Source: Mobula birostris
Taxonomy: Eukaryota
Assembly: GCF_030028105.1 (NCBI RefSeq)
Contig: NC_092377.1
Span: 51,586,952 to 51,650,951, forward strand
Direction: 5' to 3'
Length of the DNA: 64,000 nt
Below the pieces are notes generated by a model, which did no database searches, had not been told where the DNA came from, and saw only the letters and a program-made list of their open reading frames with translations. Position numbers and translations under genes: made by a program. Positions 47,681 to 61,191 of this stretch are shown one piece after another. Position 1 is the first letter of the stretch. Every line of letters begins with the position of its first letter.

Positions 47681-48649
47681 ATCATGCCAGGAATGGGATG
47701 TTCAGTGTCCTGCAGCTGAATCTAGAAATCAAAGCAACATACAATGGATCATAGAAATCTGAAATCTGAAAGGCCACTTTGGAAATTGTGAGTAGGTCAG
47801 GCAGTATCTGAAGAAAAGATAGGCACAGTTAATGATTTAGATTGCTAAACTCTGAAAATACAATGACTGCACTCTACCAGAAGGGAAGACATTATGCTCT
47901 TCAGTTTTTGGGGCCTACACCAAGCACGCTTCTTATGTGTCTATTTGAAGCAGTCTTCAAAATCTATGTAAGAATAAGTGTTGTAGGAATTCATCCTTAA
48001 CACCTGGTGGAGATTAGAGACATTTTATATGCCCAACACATTAGCTAATGTCACTTTGCGGACAAAGGGCATATTATTGTAAATGTTAGGGCTTACTTGT
48101 TGTTTTTGGCTAAGAACAAACACAACCTCATACCGTGGGATCCTGGAGTTCAATGGATCGCAGATGAAAAGAAGCAGAGCTGATTGCATCTTTACTTGAA
48201 ACACGCTAAATTTACACATTGTCTTTAAATGTTGAGAGACAGAATTTTGTAAAATACAAGCAAAGTCACTTTTTCTTTCAATTTTAGTCAGATTTTTCCT
48301 CAATTCTGAGTGACTGAAATCATTTATTTATTAATACAGTTAATTGTCTGTAGTTCAGATGAACATCTGGGCTTGGGGTCAACAGTTCTGAAGCTGTGGC
48401 TTGTACCATAGAGCAGCAAGGGAAAAAAAAACTTCACAACCATGTAACATGCAACACATATTCTGTAGCCAAACTGAAAAAAGGAAGCAAACCGCTTCCT
48501 TTGCTAACAGCTTACTTGTTGTGCCGGCTTTTGTACAGCTGCATACTAAGGGTGTTGGCTTGCATGCTTTCAGGCATGAGATCATAGTCTGAATCACATT
48601 TATAGAAGTTGAATTAACCCTTTCAACTACTGGAACTTAGTCCTTGTTA

Positions 48650-48790
48650 ATCTCAAAACTGAAAGATGACACATTGAGCAGTGCAACACCTGCTCAGTAT
48701 CACACTGGAATCTCAGTCCAGTTTAAGTATTCAAATCCAACTGTGAGGCTGAAACTCACAGACAGAAGTAAGAATGCTACCAGCTGTGAA
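48650..48790 (-). mobile_element. Deu-SINE 5' remnant
   Basis: GAAAGATGACAC..CAGTGCAACAC..CTCAGTAT.ACACTGGA resembles the reversed SacSINE1 head (recalled consensus). Confidence 0.5.
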
Positions 48791-49853
48791 ATGCTGATAT
48801 ATTTATAAGCTGATAGAATTTGTTGTGTATCGAGCTGAACTTGTTTTATTAGAATGCTCAAATAAAGCTGCATATGACATTTGCAAGCTACAAAATTTAA
48901 AGAACACTTTCATGGTATTATCATGGAGAATGTTTACTCAATTTAACTGCTTAAGGGAATACATCAACGTAATAACATTTCTGATCATATGAAATATTCT
49001 TCAAACTTAATTTTGGAGAATAAAACATGAGGATGCATCTTAAACATCATTCTAAGGAAGTTCAAATGGGTACAATCCCCATAGTTTCATTGAATTTGTA
49101 TTAAGGTTGATCTCAGAGGATTTTGAGTGTGTGCTTGGAGTAACAATGTGTAAATCAACTGCAATGTAGAGAAAGAGACTGCTTTCAGTACTCTGCTCTG
49201 CCAAAGATATTCTAAAAATCTTCATCTGCTGTGCATTAGTTTGAGTGATGCCCATATTCACAACAACAATGTTTTATACTATTGAGGTGAAACAAGCCTG
49301 TGGTCCATATCAGAGATGATTATAGGCAAGTCTTCAACCCTCTACTCATACTGCAACGATGAACTATTTTTCCCATGGCTGCTTGGTTCCCTCCATTGCA
49401 CTGACTACAGTTCAGAAGGGTCTAATTGAATGTGAACTTTAAGAAAATTCTGACAAAACGAAAGGAGGTAAAATCCTTTGGTGTAAGAGGACATATACCA
49501 TAGCAGAAATTTTAAAACTTAACACCTGAATGCTTATGTAGTCAATCAGGGATCATTTTCCATTAACAAACCTATCTTACATTCATCCCATTGAAAAAAT
49601 ACTGTGAGAAGCGTCTCACAAAATCCTTGATCTTAGTAAGGGTGGTAAAATCAGGGAAAGAACTGCCCGCCGGGTTTCTTCTGCACATCGCCTGGCTACT
49701 GATCATGAACAGTGCCAGGGGAGGCATGAGAACAAGAACTAATGATGACAGAAGTTAGTTGGAGAGAAAACTTTTAAAAATATATATAGACTTCCCAATC
49801 CAGACATTTTTGTTACATCAAACATAAACAAACACACTTAATCATTTCTATGC

Positions 49854-50704
49854 AAAACACACACAAAATGCTGGAGGAACTCAGCAGGCCAGGCAGCATC
49901 TATGGAAAGGAGTACCGTCAACGTTTCAAGCCGAGACCCTTTGGCAAGACTGGAGAAAAAAAGATGAGGAGTAGATTTAAAAGGTGGGGGAGGAGAGGGA
50001 GAAATACAAGGTGATAGTTGAAACTGGGAGGGTAAAGGATGAAGCAAAAAGCTGGGAAGTTGATTGGTGAAAGAGATACAGGGCTAGAGAAGATGAAGAC
50101 TGACAGGAGAAGACAGAGGCCATGGAAGGAAGAAAAGGTGGGAGGAACACCAAAGGGAGACGATGCACAGGCAAGGAGATTAGCTGAGAGAGGGAAAAGG
50201 GGATGGGGAATGATGGGGGGGGGGCATTAATGGAAGTTTGAGAAATCGATGTTCGTGCCATCAGGTTGGAGGCTACCCAAATAGAGTATAAGGTACTATT
50301 CCTCCAACCTGAGTGTGGCCTCAATTACAGTTGCGATCCCCTTTTCCCTCTCTCACCTTATCTCCTTGACTGCCCATTGCTTTCATTTAGTGCTCCTACA
50401 CCCCTTTTCTTTCTTCCATAGCCTTCTGTTCTCTCCTATAGACTCTCCCTTGTCCAGGCCTGTATCTCTTTCACCAATCAACTTCCCAGTTCCTTACTTC
50501 ATCCCTTCCCCTCCCGGTTTCACCTCTCCCCACCCCCACCTTTTAAATCTACTCCTCATCTTTTTTTCTCTGGTCCTGCTGAAGGGTCTCGGCCCAAAAC
50601 GTCAACTGTATTCGTTTCCTAGATGCTGCCTGGCCTGCTGAGTTCCTCCAGCAGTTTTTGTGTGTTGTTTGGATTTCCAGCATTTGCAGATTTTGTCTTG
50701 TTTG
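49854..50704. mobile_element. Inverted pair of PLE 3' ends with probable TSD
   Basis: Minus arm 49854-50322, plus arm ~50335-50704. Flanks TAATCATTTCTATGC (49839-49853) and TAATCAATTCTATTC (50705-50719). Confidence 0.85.
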
Positions 50705-51591
50705 TAATCAATTCTATTCTTCTTTTGCTTTGCTGTACCAGGTCAAATTGCAATCCCTTCATTTTGTACAAATACTCAAATATAGTGCAAAGGCAGCTTT
50801 TGAAAGATTCATACAATACATGCAAAACTTTACCTCTTTTTGTTGAGAATCACTTCCATTGGCTCCAGCTGCAATGACTGAAACTCAAGCCATTAGTTAA
50901 TGGATCCTAGTCTTCAAACACTCCAAGAAGACTGATATTTAACGGAAGCAATTTGGCAGAAAACTTTATGGATGAGCAAACTAGTGTGATATCCATACGG
51001 TGAAGCTGTTCAGTGAATATTAATAAATTGAAGAATTAACACATGAACAAAATTGTAATAAATGCTTATTTTTAAATGACAGTAATCTTGGTTAAGAATA
51101 GCATTTTCTCAAACTATATTCTGTAATTCACCCATTTTTTAAAAAAAAGATATGTTGCACTCATGAATCACATGAACAATTTGCACCATATGGAGCCAAG
51201 AGAAGTGGGCAGAGGATCATAAGAGCCACACGATTGCACATGGTCCTCGGTTCAAAGATCAGCTCACCCTCAAGTGAAGACCAACATTTGTATGAGCTCT
51301 ATAGTGTAATCTGGACGATTGTTTTTACTGTCTGTTTGAGACTGAACTGTTTTATGGTCCATAATTCATGAACTTAGTTTATATTTATATATTTTGTGAA
51401 ATGTTAGGTAAGTTTGTTTTGGGGGGAACAAAGAGGAAGTGGGCAGACTCAATTGGGAAGATATAATCATGGAATCCTTGTACTATCTGTAGACATGGAT
51501 TATGTTCAAAGGAGAAAGGACTACAAAGCAAGACAAGGCAATCAATTTTTCTTCTGAAAGTTGGTTTAGAACATATCGACCCAATAAGTTT

Positions 51592-52475
51592 ATTTTTCAA
51601 AGAAAGGGGCTTCCCTTCCTCCACCATCAACACTGCCCTCACCCCAAACTCCCGCCACCCTACCAGGGATAGGGTTCCTGTTGTCCTCACTTACCGTGCC
51701 ACCAGCCTCTGCGTCCAGCACATAATTCTCCATAACTTCCACCATCTGCAACAGGATCCCGCCACCAAGCTTATCTTTCCCTCCCCCCACTTTCTGCTTT
51801 CCGCAGAGATCGCTCCCTGGATGACTCTCTTGTCCATTCATCCCTCCCCACTGATCTTCATCCTGGCACTTATCCTTGCAAGTGGAACAAGTGCTGCACC
51901 TGCCCCAACATCTCCTCCCTCACTACCATTCAGAGCCCCAAACAGTCCTTCCAGGTGAGGTGACACTTCACCTGTGAGTCTGTTGGGGTCATATACTGTG
52001 TCTGGTGCTCCTGGTGTGGCCTCCTATATGTTGAACAACACCTTATATTTCATCTGGGTAGCCTCCAACCTGATGGCATAAACATTGATTTCACAAACTT
52101 CTGGTAATGTGCCCCCCTCCTTCACCATTTCCTCTCTCACTTTATCTCCTTGCCTACCCATCACCTCCCTCTGATGCTCCTCCTCCCTTTTCTTTCTTCC
52201 ACACCCTTCTGTCCTCTCCTATTAGATTCCCACTTCTCTAGCTCTATATCTCTTTCACCAAACAACTTCCCAGGTCTTTACTTCACCTCTCCCCTCCTGG
52301 TTTTAACTACCAACTAGTGTTTCTCCCTCCCCTCCCCCCACCTTTTAAATTTACTACTCATCTTTTTTTCTCCATCCTATGGAAGGGTCTCGGCCCGAAA
52401 TGTCGACTGTTTACTCTTTTCCATGGGGGATGTTGCCTGGCCTTCTGAGTTCCTCCAGCATTTTGTTATGTTGCT
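51592..52475 (+). mobile_element. PLE fragment (RT-EN linker, GIY-YIG with internal deletion, 3' end)
   Basis: FFKERGFPSSTI, RVPVVLTY, TYPCK..KC.TCP, FTCESVGVIYCVWCSWCGLLYV, QPDGINIDF. Confidence 0.9.
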
Positions 52476-52897
52476 AAATTTTGTCGTATTGTTCAATGAG
52501 GACCTCTGCTGGTTAAGGATCACAGAGCATCCAGGGATTATTTACAGTCATGAATTCAGGCAGTGTTGTTCCTGTAGTAAAAATGCTGGCAGAGCAATGT
52601 AAAAGCTCAGTTTAGTAGCATAAAATTGAAATGTAATGGAAGCAACATATTTATTTCATGATTAAGTCCTATCTAGTAAGCTAGGTAAATTGAAAACTTA
52701 AAATTACTACTGACATTTTATAGTTTATTATATTTCTGAAAAAATGTTAACGTTTTTTTGAAAACAAATTAAAACATAAAATTGAACAAGGTGCAATACG
52801 ACCTCAGTGAAAGACTGATTTATGGTTTTATAGCATTATTCGAAATGCAACCACATCATCAAAGTAAGAAATACCAAATTATTGAAGAAAAAAATGA

Positions 52898-53950
52898 TTT
52901 CAAGGTTCAAGATTCAAAATTGTTTAATGTCCTTTCCAGCACACAAGTGCAAAGGGGAACAAAATAATTATTTCCCTCGATCTAATGCAGCAGACAAAAA
53001 AAAAAGATAACTCACGCAAAATTTAAAAAAAATACACAATGCATTTAAGTGCGTATGATAGCTCATATACAAAGACTGATTTTATGTCCATAAAGAGAGA
53101 AAGACACAGGAGTGTCTGTACGACAGTGACTCCAGTAGGAAATGATAAAGCAGTGGTGGTTGGGGGTGTGGAAGGGTGGGTTAGTGGGTGGAGGTGTTGT
53201 TCAACCTTACGGTTTGAGGAAAGTCGCTGTTTTTGAGTCTGGTTCTCCTGGTGTGGATGCTATGTAGACTCCTCTCTGATGGGAGCGAGCAAACAGTCCA
53301 TGAGCAGGGTGCCTGGGATCTTTTATGTTGTTATTGACCCTTTCTGTATATGTGTCTTTGATGATGGGTAGGCTGGTGCTGGGGATATGTTGGGCTGTTT
53401 TGACCACCCGTTTTAGAGCCTTACTGTTTGCTGCAGTGCAGTTTCCATATTATGGAGTGGTGCAGCTTGTCAGGATTTTTTCTACTGTGCATCTGTAGAA
53501 GGACGTGAGTACAGATGTGCATAGCCCAGCTCTCTTCAGCCTTCTCAGAAAGGAGAGGCTTTAGTGAGCTCTCCTGATTGTTTAGGCTGTGTTCTGGGAC
53601 CATGATAGATCGTGCGAGATGTGCACTCCCAGGAGTTTGAAACTAGTCACAGTTTCCACTGTTGTGTAACCGAAGTAAAGAGAGGTGTGAGTGGCATGCG
53701 TTCTAAAATCGATAACCATCTCCTTTGTCTTGTTGACATTGAGGAAGGGGTTATATGCCTGACACCAAACCTCGAGCTCTTCCCCCTCCTCTCTGTAAGC
53801 CGTCTCATTGTTGTTGGTGATGAACTCCACCACCGTCATGTCATCAGTGAACTTGACAATGTGATCGCTCGGGTGTTTGACTGTGCAGTCATGTGTGAGC
53901 AAAGTGTACGGAAATGGGCTCAGCTCGCAGCCCTGAGAGGCACCCAGGGC
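52898..53950 (-). mobile_element. Rex1/Babar-type LINE 3' fragment
   Basis: GASQGCELSP..YTLLTHDC..VKFTDD..LNVNKTKEMVIDFR..FKLLGVHIS; TTCAAGGTTCAAGATTCAA reverse tail. Confidence 0.88.
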
Positions 53951-55354
53951 TCTCCTGGGATGTAACATCTGCTTAAAAATGACTTGTCCTACAGTAGATG
54001 TAAATGTTTTCCCAACAACTGACTGAGGAACGTTTTGGTAAAGGCTGTTCTAAATTCATTCAGGATTTAAACTATCACACCTTCATATGTAAATGTGTGC
54101 TGGTTGGTAGTGACAGCTGTACTATAAACTATAAATAGTTTTCTTCACTGTATTAAAAATGTTGAAGACAGCATTGCATTTTAAAGTGATTTGCCAGCAG
54201 CATGCCTTATCTTTGTTTTTAGGAAAATGATAATTGCATCCTTCGTGATCATCTTTAGCTGTTCGGGGACTATGCAAAGCATAATGATGTTTCAGCCTGT
54301 AGATAATAAAAATTCCATGAGGTAAGCATTCGGCATATTGAGTTATTGTTGGATTGGAGAATGACTGAAGTGGCAAATGAGAATGAAAATGTTTGGCCTG
54401 TAATTAAATCTATAACATGAATTATGGATTTGCATAGTAATTTAATGAATAATTAACAATTAATAATATACAGATGAGGATAACTCAAAAACTGCCATCT
54501 GTTTTGCCCATCTAAAACATTGTAACAGGTTAGAAAAGTAAAAACAAAACTGATGTACACGATCCATTTTGCAATACTTTACATTGCCCATTTAAAGAAA
54601 ATACAAAGTTAATTTCAACAATTTTAGTGTTTCTTCATAAATTTTAGAAGAATACCAAAGTCCAAAATGCATGGCACAAATGAGAAAGCATATTCAAGCC
54701 TTCTGCATAAGAATTATAAAAGAGTATTTTAATATGATAATTTAAATATTACCAAATTCTGATTATTAGTTTAGGTTTCAGCATAGATTATCAAAATGTA
54801 CATACCTGAAAGAGTCAGTGTGAATAAATCTGGAGCTCATATTAACAAACAATAATATTACCATTTTATAGGTCTTCATTACAAAATTATCCATTCTTTG
54901 TTCTGTTAAAATAAATTAAATATTCAGATACCTCACCCTACTGAGATTCAATTATGGTATAACTTTGCAAAGAAGAGGTAAATCTCATACTGTGGGGATT
55001 GTGTAAATTTCTGGCCAGCAAGTCAGCAAATTGCATTACAATTTTTATCTTCATTGAAATTACTTCTTTCGCAGCATCAAAAAAGTATCAAGACCTATGC
55101 AAAATAAGGATAACATTGAAATCTGCTTTGTGTCCCTCAGTAACATAGCTAGCAATGTAATATAAGGATAGGTGAATTTTCCAAAAATGAATAATTGTGC
55201 TATTGAACAATTAAAATATATATTACAGAGGCTAGTAAAGAGAGAGAAAGGTCTGATTTCCTCGTATTGAAATGTTTACACACCATTTATCCATTCACTG
55301 GCACAATACCCACGTGAGAAGGATGTTTCTAACTGGCAAAAGGATCAAGTTTGC

Positions 55355-57040
55355 TAGGTAGAGCTTTATTGTCATTGCTGAGGACAACGAGATTACAGTG
55401 CTACTCCATTTAGTACAAAACCGTACACTGGCAATCCAATTAATAAAAACACACTGACTACATTTAAAATAACATCTGAGTTACTTAGAATGATATCTAA
55501 GTTACAAATGAATTAAAAACAAACAATTCTAAAATTAAAAGAAACAGTAGTTGCTCCATTCAAGTTTTGCACATGCCCATGTTATAAAGTACAATGATTA
55601 AATATAAAATAGCATCAAGAATTAAAGCTGAAATTTAAAAAAAAACAAAGAACTCTGAAATCAAAGGAAGGCAGCTGCCTCATATAAATCCAAATATTAC
55701 TCATGCCCATGTATTGAACTTGGAGATGCCTACTGACTGCAGGTTGATGGGAGGGAGCACATTGTTCAGTTGCATGACAGCCCTGGGGAGAACACTGTTT
55801 TTCAGCCTGGGTGTCTGTGCAGAGATGTTTCTGTATCTCCTGCCAAATGGTAGGAGATTGAACAGGTGTTTACTGGGATGGGATGAGTCCATCATGATGT
55901 TGCGAGCCCACCGTTGGCATCGTGATTTGCAGATGGTTCTTATATCAAGTATTTGTGTCCCAATGATGTTCTGTACAGTCCTGATCACTCACTGAAGTAT
56001 TTTCTGGTCAATCTTGTTGCAGCTAGTGTACCTGTTATGCAACAGGTCCGTATGCTCTCAATGTCATATCAGTAAAAATTTAACAGCAGTTTGGGAGCAA
56101 ATTTACCCTCTTTAAACTTCTAAGTTAGTATAGGCACTGCTAAGCTTTCCCTACTATCAAGGAGATGTTGGTGGTCCACAAGAGCTTCTCTATCAATCCC
56201 AAGAACTAGACCCCTTCCATTCTTTCCCCATTTGTAAGTAGTGGAGCTTGTTCATACATTCTTGATTTTCTGATGTTGATAATCATATCTTTGTTTTTTT
56301 AATGTTGAGTGAAAGGTTATGGTATTGCATCATTCAGACAGTTTCTGCACCTCCCCTCTGTATGCTGTTTCATTGTTACTTGTAATGAATCCAGTCACGG
56401 TGGTGTTGTCTGCAAATTTGATGATGCATTTTGTGTCATAGGCAGGGGCACAAAGTCATGGGTGAAAAGAGTGTAGAGGAGTAGGCTCAGTACACATTAC
56501 TGCGGTGCACCAGCGCTCAGTACACGTTCCTGCGGTGCACCGGCGCTCCGTACACGTTCCTGCGGTGCACCGGCGCTCAGTACACGTTCCTGCGGTGCAC
56601 CGGCGCTCCGTACACGTTCCTGCGGTGCACCGGCGCTCCGTACACGTTCCTGCGGTGCACCGGCGCTCAGTACACGTTCCTGCGGTGCACCGGCGCTCCG
56701 TACACGTTCCTGCGGTGCACCGGCGCTCCGTACACGTTCCTGCGGTGCACCGGCGCTCTGTACACGTTCCTGCGGTGCACTGATGCTCAGGATCAGGGAG
56801 ACTGATGTGTACTTGCCTAGTCTGATTGTCTCGGTGCAAATGGTAAGGAAGTCCTGAATCCAGTTGCAAATTAATGTATTGAGCCCCAGATCATGTTGTT
56901 TAATGGACAACTTGGTGGGGATTATGGTTTTGATGATTTAGTCGATTACATACATTATGGCGTAGGTGTCCTTATGCTCCAGGTTTTCCAGTACGATGTG
57001 GAGAATGATGGAGATTGCATCCTCAGTCGATCTGTTTGCC
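55355..57040 (-). mobile_element. Rex1/Babar-type LINE fragment containing a 30-bp minisatellite
   Basis: LICNWIQDFLT, ISAPQ, IKFADN, DSSHPSKHLFNLLPFGRRYR..TPRLKNS; reverse AATAAA at ~55366-55371. Confidence 0.85.
56485..56790. repeat. Minisatellite, 10 x 30 bp, near perfect
   Basis: Unit GCTC(A/C)GTACACGTTCCTGCGGTGCACCGGC from 56485 to 56784, closed by GCTCAG. Confidence 0.98.
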
Positions 57041-59669
57041 TGATCACAAAGACTTGCATACATTGCTATATACATGAGCCCATTTTACACCTATGAAATA
57101 GACTCAATATATGCTGAGTATATGAGAGAAAGGAACAGGAGGATAGGATAATCATATACGAGAAAGTCATGTGGGGTAAGAACATCAGCATAGGTCTGAT
57201 GGGTTTGATCTCCTCTTTCAGATCTGACTACTTTTCCAATGCTTAGCCTGCACACTTCAGTAGCAGATTTAAAATAAGAGCTGTGCCCTCCTCATTTGTT
57301 TTATCTTCAAAAGTGTTATTGTAAGTTTTGTCAGGATTTTTGTTATTAGCTTCGTGTGCAGAGTGATGAACATTATGGGGACATTTATAGTCACATGAGT
57401 CCTGCAGTGAATACTTGTTCAGGGAGGAGAGTGCCAGGCTAGATCTACCAACCTCCTTGAGGAGATCAAAGGAAAGAATCATTGCTTGTAGGTGTGAACT
57501 AAACCCTGCTAAAAATGTAATGTGTCTGACAAGGAAGGAGATAGCTGTGCCACTAACTGACAAATCTCTCATCACCAAGTGCAGCACACTGCCTTAACAA
57601 GTTCAATGCTCAGAAAGGGAAGACAATGGTGCTTTCCCCATTCTTGATGGGTCTGGCCTTCAGTGAACTCCATTACATAACAAAGTAGCATCTACACAAC
57701 TAACCCTTTATATTTGTACAGCTAACAGGGGATCTAACTTTATAACCTGCCTCTTGACTTTGCAGCTCTGCAAACACAAGTAAAAATGAAAATGTGCTGG
57801 GAATATTCAGCAAGTCAAGTAGATCTGTGGAGAGAGAAAAACGCCCTTTAAGTTCACTAACCTTTGGTCAAAACCACAAACACAAATATTTGCAAGCACA
57901 TTCAATCATCTTCGAGGACACTCTCTGCTCTTGAAGAAGCAAATGTCAACATTAACTATATGTTTCCAGTTTTATGTTTAAAACGTATACTAAGAAATTA
58001 GAGATCATCGTCTTCTAATGAACTGAGTACAGTACCCAATGAGTGTTCTCTTTTTACATTAGTTTAGCACAAAGTTCAATTTAACCACGTTAAATCTTAT
58101 AACCAAAGTATAAATACTTGAATTATTTGCTAAGACCATCAACTATTAGCAAACATAATGTTGTTGAAAAATAATTGTTATCTTCTGATTAAAATTAGCT
58201 TGCAAACAAAAGGTGATCGATGATACCCAGACAATCATATCATTTTTATCTTTGCTTCTTCTTATTACTGCCATTACTAACTGTAATTCATTTCCTCTTT
58301 GATAGACCTTGGATGTGCTGAAACAAGCAACAAATAAAACAAAATAAAATGGCAGAAAGGCAGAGTTGAGGCCCTAGTGGAATTGTGATCTCTGTAAATT
58401 TCCACGTTACTTAAATATGTAAATTAGAACCAAATACTGTATAGCAAATAGGAGAAAACACAATCCCATCAGTTTCAAAAGATCATGCTGTGGACCTTGC
58501 AGAAAATATGAAAATAAATTCCATAATTAAAGGTGCTCTTAAAAGTGAGGGTGTTACCTTTTGTTACTGCTTGTCTCAGAGGAAAATTATTTCTGAGCTT
58601 TTGCTTATGCAACAAAATGGCTGACAGATTGTAGCCATCTTGAACTTTGATCTCAACTGTGCAACATGATGGTGGTGTTATAGCTCTTCATAGCTATGCA
58701 GGTAATCCAAATGTCTGAGCTGTGTTCAGTGTTCAATGATAATGCAGTGATAAACTGGGTACAATCTCCCAAGCTCATGCTAAGAAGAGACGAATGAAAT
58801 ATTTCAGTGATATAGACATTCTCCTGGAGCTGAAGCTGATGAACTATTAATCTTATGCCAAACCAGTGTGGTGAAGGACTATGTGGGAGATCCACAGCCA
58901 CAGTAAATGAAAAATTTTAAAAATGCTACTGCTGGATATCTACGATCATATTTGAAACATTAGTTCCATTTCTCTTTACACACATGCTGTCTAACCTGCT
59001 AAGTGTTTCCAGCATTTTCTGTTTCTTTGCCACCTACACCTGAATGCTCTCTCCCTAACAACCCCTCCATTTGTCTGGCTTCATTCACTAAGTTCAGGCC
59101 ATTACTACTCCTCCCAAAGAGGACCAACAATGGATTGTCTCAAAAGCTCTTCTACATAATCTTGCCGTCTTTAGGCCTTTCACCCTAATGCGATCCCAGT
59201 TATACTGGGAAAGTTGGAACCTCCAGCTATTATAACCTTAATGGTGGCACATTTCCCTATGATTTTCCTGCATATCTGTTCCTCTCTTACCTACAAACTA
59301 TTGGGAGGCCTGTAGTTTAACCCCAGGCAAGTTATCTCCCTTTTTTATTTCTGAGCTGTATTTACTAGAACTCGTTTGTGGTTTTCTTGGTGTGGTTTTA
59401 GATATCAGCTGGTTAAGCAGATTGAAGAAGTGGCTCACACTCTCCAGGTGACCTCCTCTGTTCATTTCACATCTGCTGCCTACAAATCTTCTTTAGGTAC
59501 TGTGTAGAGAGAGAATTTCCAGAAAGATTCTTATTTTAACCTGGGACAAATTCATGGGTGACATCTATAGTGTTTCTACTGAAGGTGGTTTAGACTGGAG
59601 AACTGCTTGGATTTTCATTGTGTACCAAATTTCCCAATGTCCAGGAATGGAGTGGAACAAACAACCTAA

Positions 59670-59970
59670 TACTGCAAGAATACACACAAAATGAAGAAAG
59701 AGCTCAGCAGGTCAGACAGTCTCTGTGGAAAAGAATAAACAATTGATGCTTCAGGTTATGATCCTTCATCAGGACTGGAAAGGAAGGGGGAGGAGCACAA
59801 GCTAGGTGATAGGTGAAGGCAGGTGCTTTGTAAATGGAGGAATGAAGTAAGAAGCTGGGAGGTGATAGGTGGAAAAATTGAAAGGGCTGAATAAGAAAGA
59901 CTCTGATAGGAGGGGTGAGTGGACCATGGGAGAAAGTGAAGAAGAGGCCTTGGGGAAGGAGCTAGGGCCA
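59670..59970 (-). mobile_element. PLE 3' end remnant, hammerhead mutated
   Basis: Minus strand CCAGTCCTGATGAAGGATCATAACCTGAAgCATC, with a purine-rich tract on the plus strand. Confidence 0.7.
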
Positions 59971-60189
59971 AAGATTACTTTGAAAAATCTACAATTAACT
60001 TTTTTTTTACATTTTTGTTAGCTGTCTGTGATAACATCTGTTTGTGATTGGCTTCACTGGCAATTTAATGACCTCACTGTTAGAGTATGCTTAGTATCCT
60101 GTGAACTGATGTCTTGCAATACTTGATGTCAGAAAAAGGATGTCGATCTCACCAAGAACATTTGCTTCTTGTAAAGGTATGTGATTACA

Positions 60190-60372
60190 GATGACAGAAC
60201 TGGAGCAACAGTCAACCTGCTAGAAGAACTCAGTGGGTCAACAGCATCTGTTGGGATTGGGGGAAGAATTGTTTTATTCTGAAGGAGTGTTTCCCCCTAA
60301 AATGTTGACAATTTCTCTTCTGTTAAAGATGATACTTGACCTGTTCAGTTCCTCTAGCAGATTGTTGCTTTT
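60190..60372. mobile_element. Degraded fold-back PLE-end element
   Basis: CTGCTAGAAGAACTCAG (~60217) and its inverse CAGTTCCTCTAGCAG (~60346). Confidence 0.6.
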
Positions 60373-60549
60373 GATTCTTGTAATGTGTTTTCAAGATTAA
60401 CTGTGAGTGCTGTTGATTTGCGACTGAATAAAAAAACTCACGACAATATTTTAATTTCTCTAAGTTACTTCACCGAGACAGAAACGCTTGAATCACTGAT
60501 ATGGTATTATTAATACATAATATCCTTCTCATTTTTCAATTTATCATAT

Positions 60550-61191
60550 TGTACCGCTCAGCTAGATCGGCTTGTATTTATCTCGGGGAAACCCCATCCG
60601 CTGCCCGCCTTGCCTCCCGGTTATGCAGGCTGCTGTACAAATGCCACCGGATTCAGCTTCAAACATCAATCATCAGCCAGCACACAATGTACGTTTTACC
60701 AATTACACTTTATAAATATTACTAAGTCTATGAAATTAATAAAAGTTCAACACAAAAAAAAAGGAATGAAAAAGGCATCAGACCTATCAAAGTTTAATTT
60801 CTTCGTGCAATTGTTGGAGCTCGAGGACCTCTTCGGGACTACTTGAACCCCTTCGACTCGCAGCTCGCGACCACCCGGAGTAATCAGCCTGAGCTTTCCC
60901 GCATGTCCGTCGTCCTCACGGTCTCTCCTCCAACTCCCCGCCAAAACCCTCTGGTTCCCAGCCATATGAGACAGCATACCACCCCAAGAAAGAATAACAT
61001 GGACACCTATTGGTTCATTTACTCTATTATCTGTTATAACCGAAGCAAAGTGCTAGCTAGAGACTTTCTCAGCATTTAACATAACAAAGAAGCCATTTTA
61101 ATTAACATACGCAGTAACATAAAAGATTAACATAACAAAGAAGCCATTTTGATTAACATACGCAGTAACATAAAAGAAGAAACCCCTTACA
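60550..61191 (-). mobile_element. Solo Gypsy LTR, 642 bp, 4-bp TSD
   Basis: TGTA...TACA termini; ATAT at 60546-60549 and 61192-61195; motifs shared with LTR 30177-30765. Confidence 0.85.
61076..61177. repeat. 2 x 51-bp tandem duplication inside the solo LTR
   Basis: TTAACATAACAAAGAAGCCATTTT(A/G)ATTAACATACGCAGTAACATAAAAGA at 61076 and 61127. Confidence 0.95.

Noticed and set aside
50570-50612. Additional active hammerheads (also ~14900, 39630, 49930, 52380, 59760)
   Set aside because: Core CUGANGA or GAAA mutated, so predicted inactive.
57400-57600. LF-SINE-like remnant (also 62700-62860)
   Set aside because: Resemblance too weak to support by eye.
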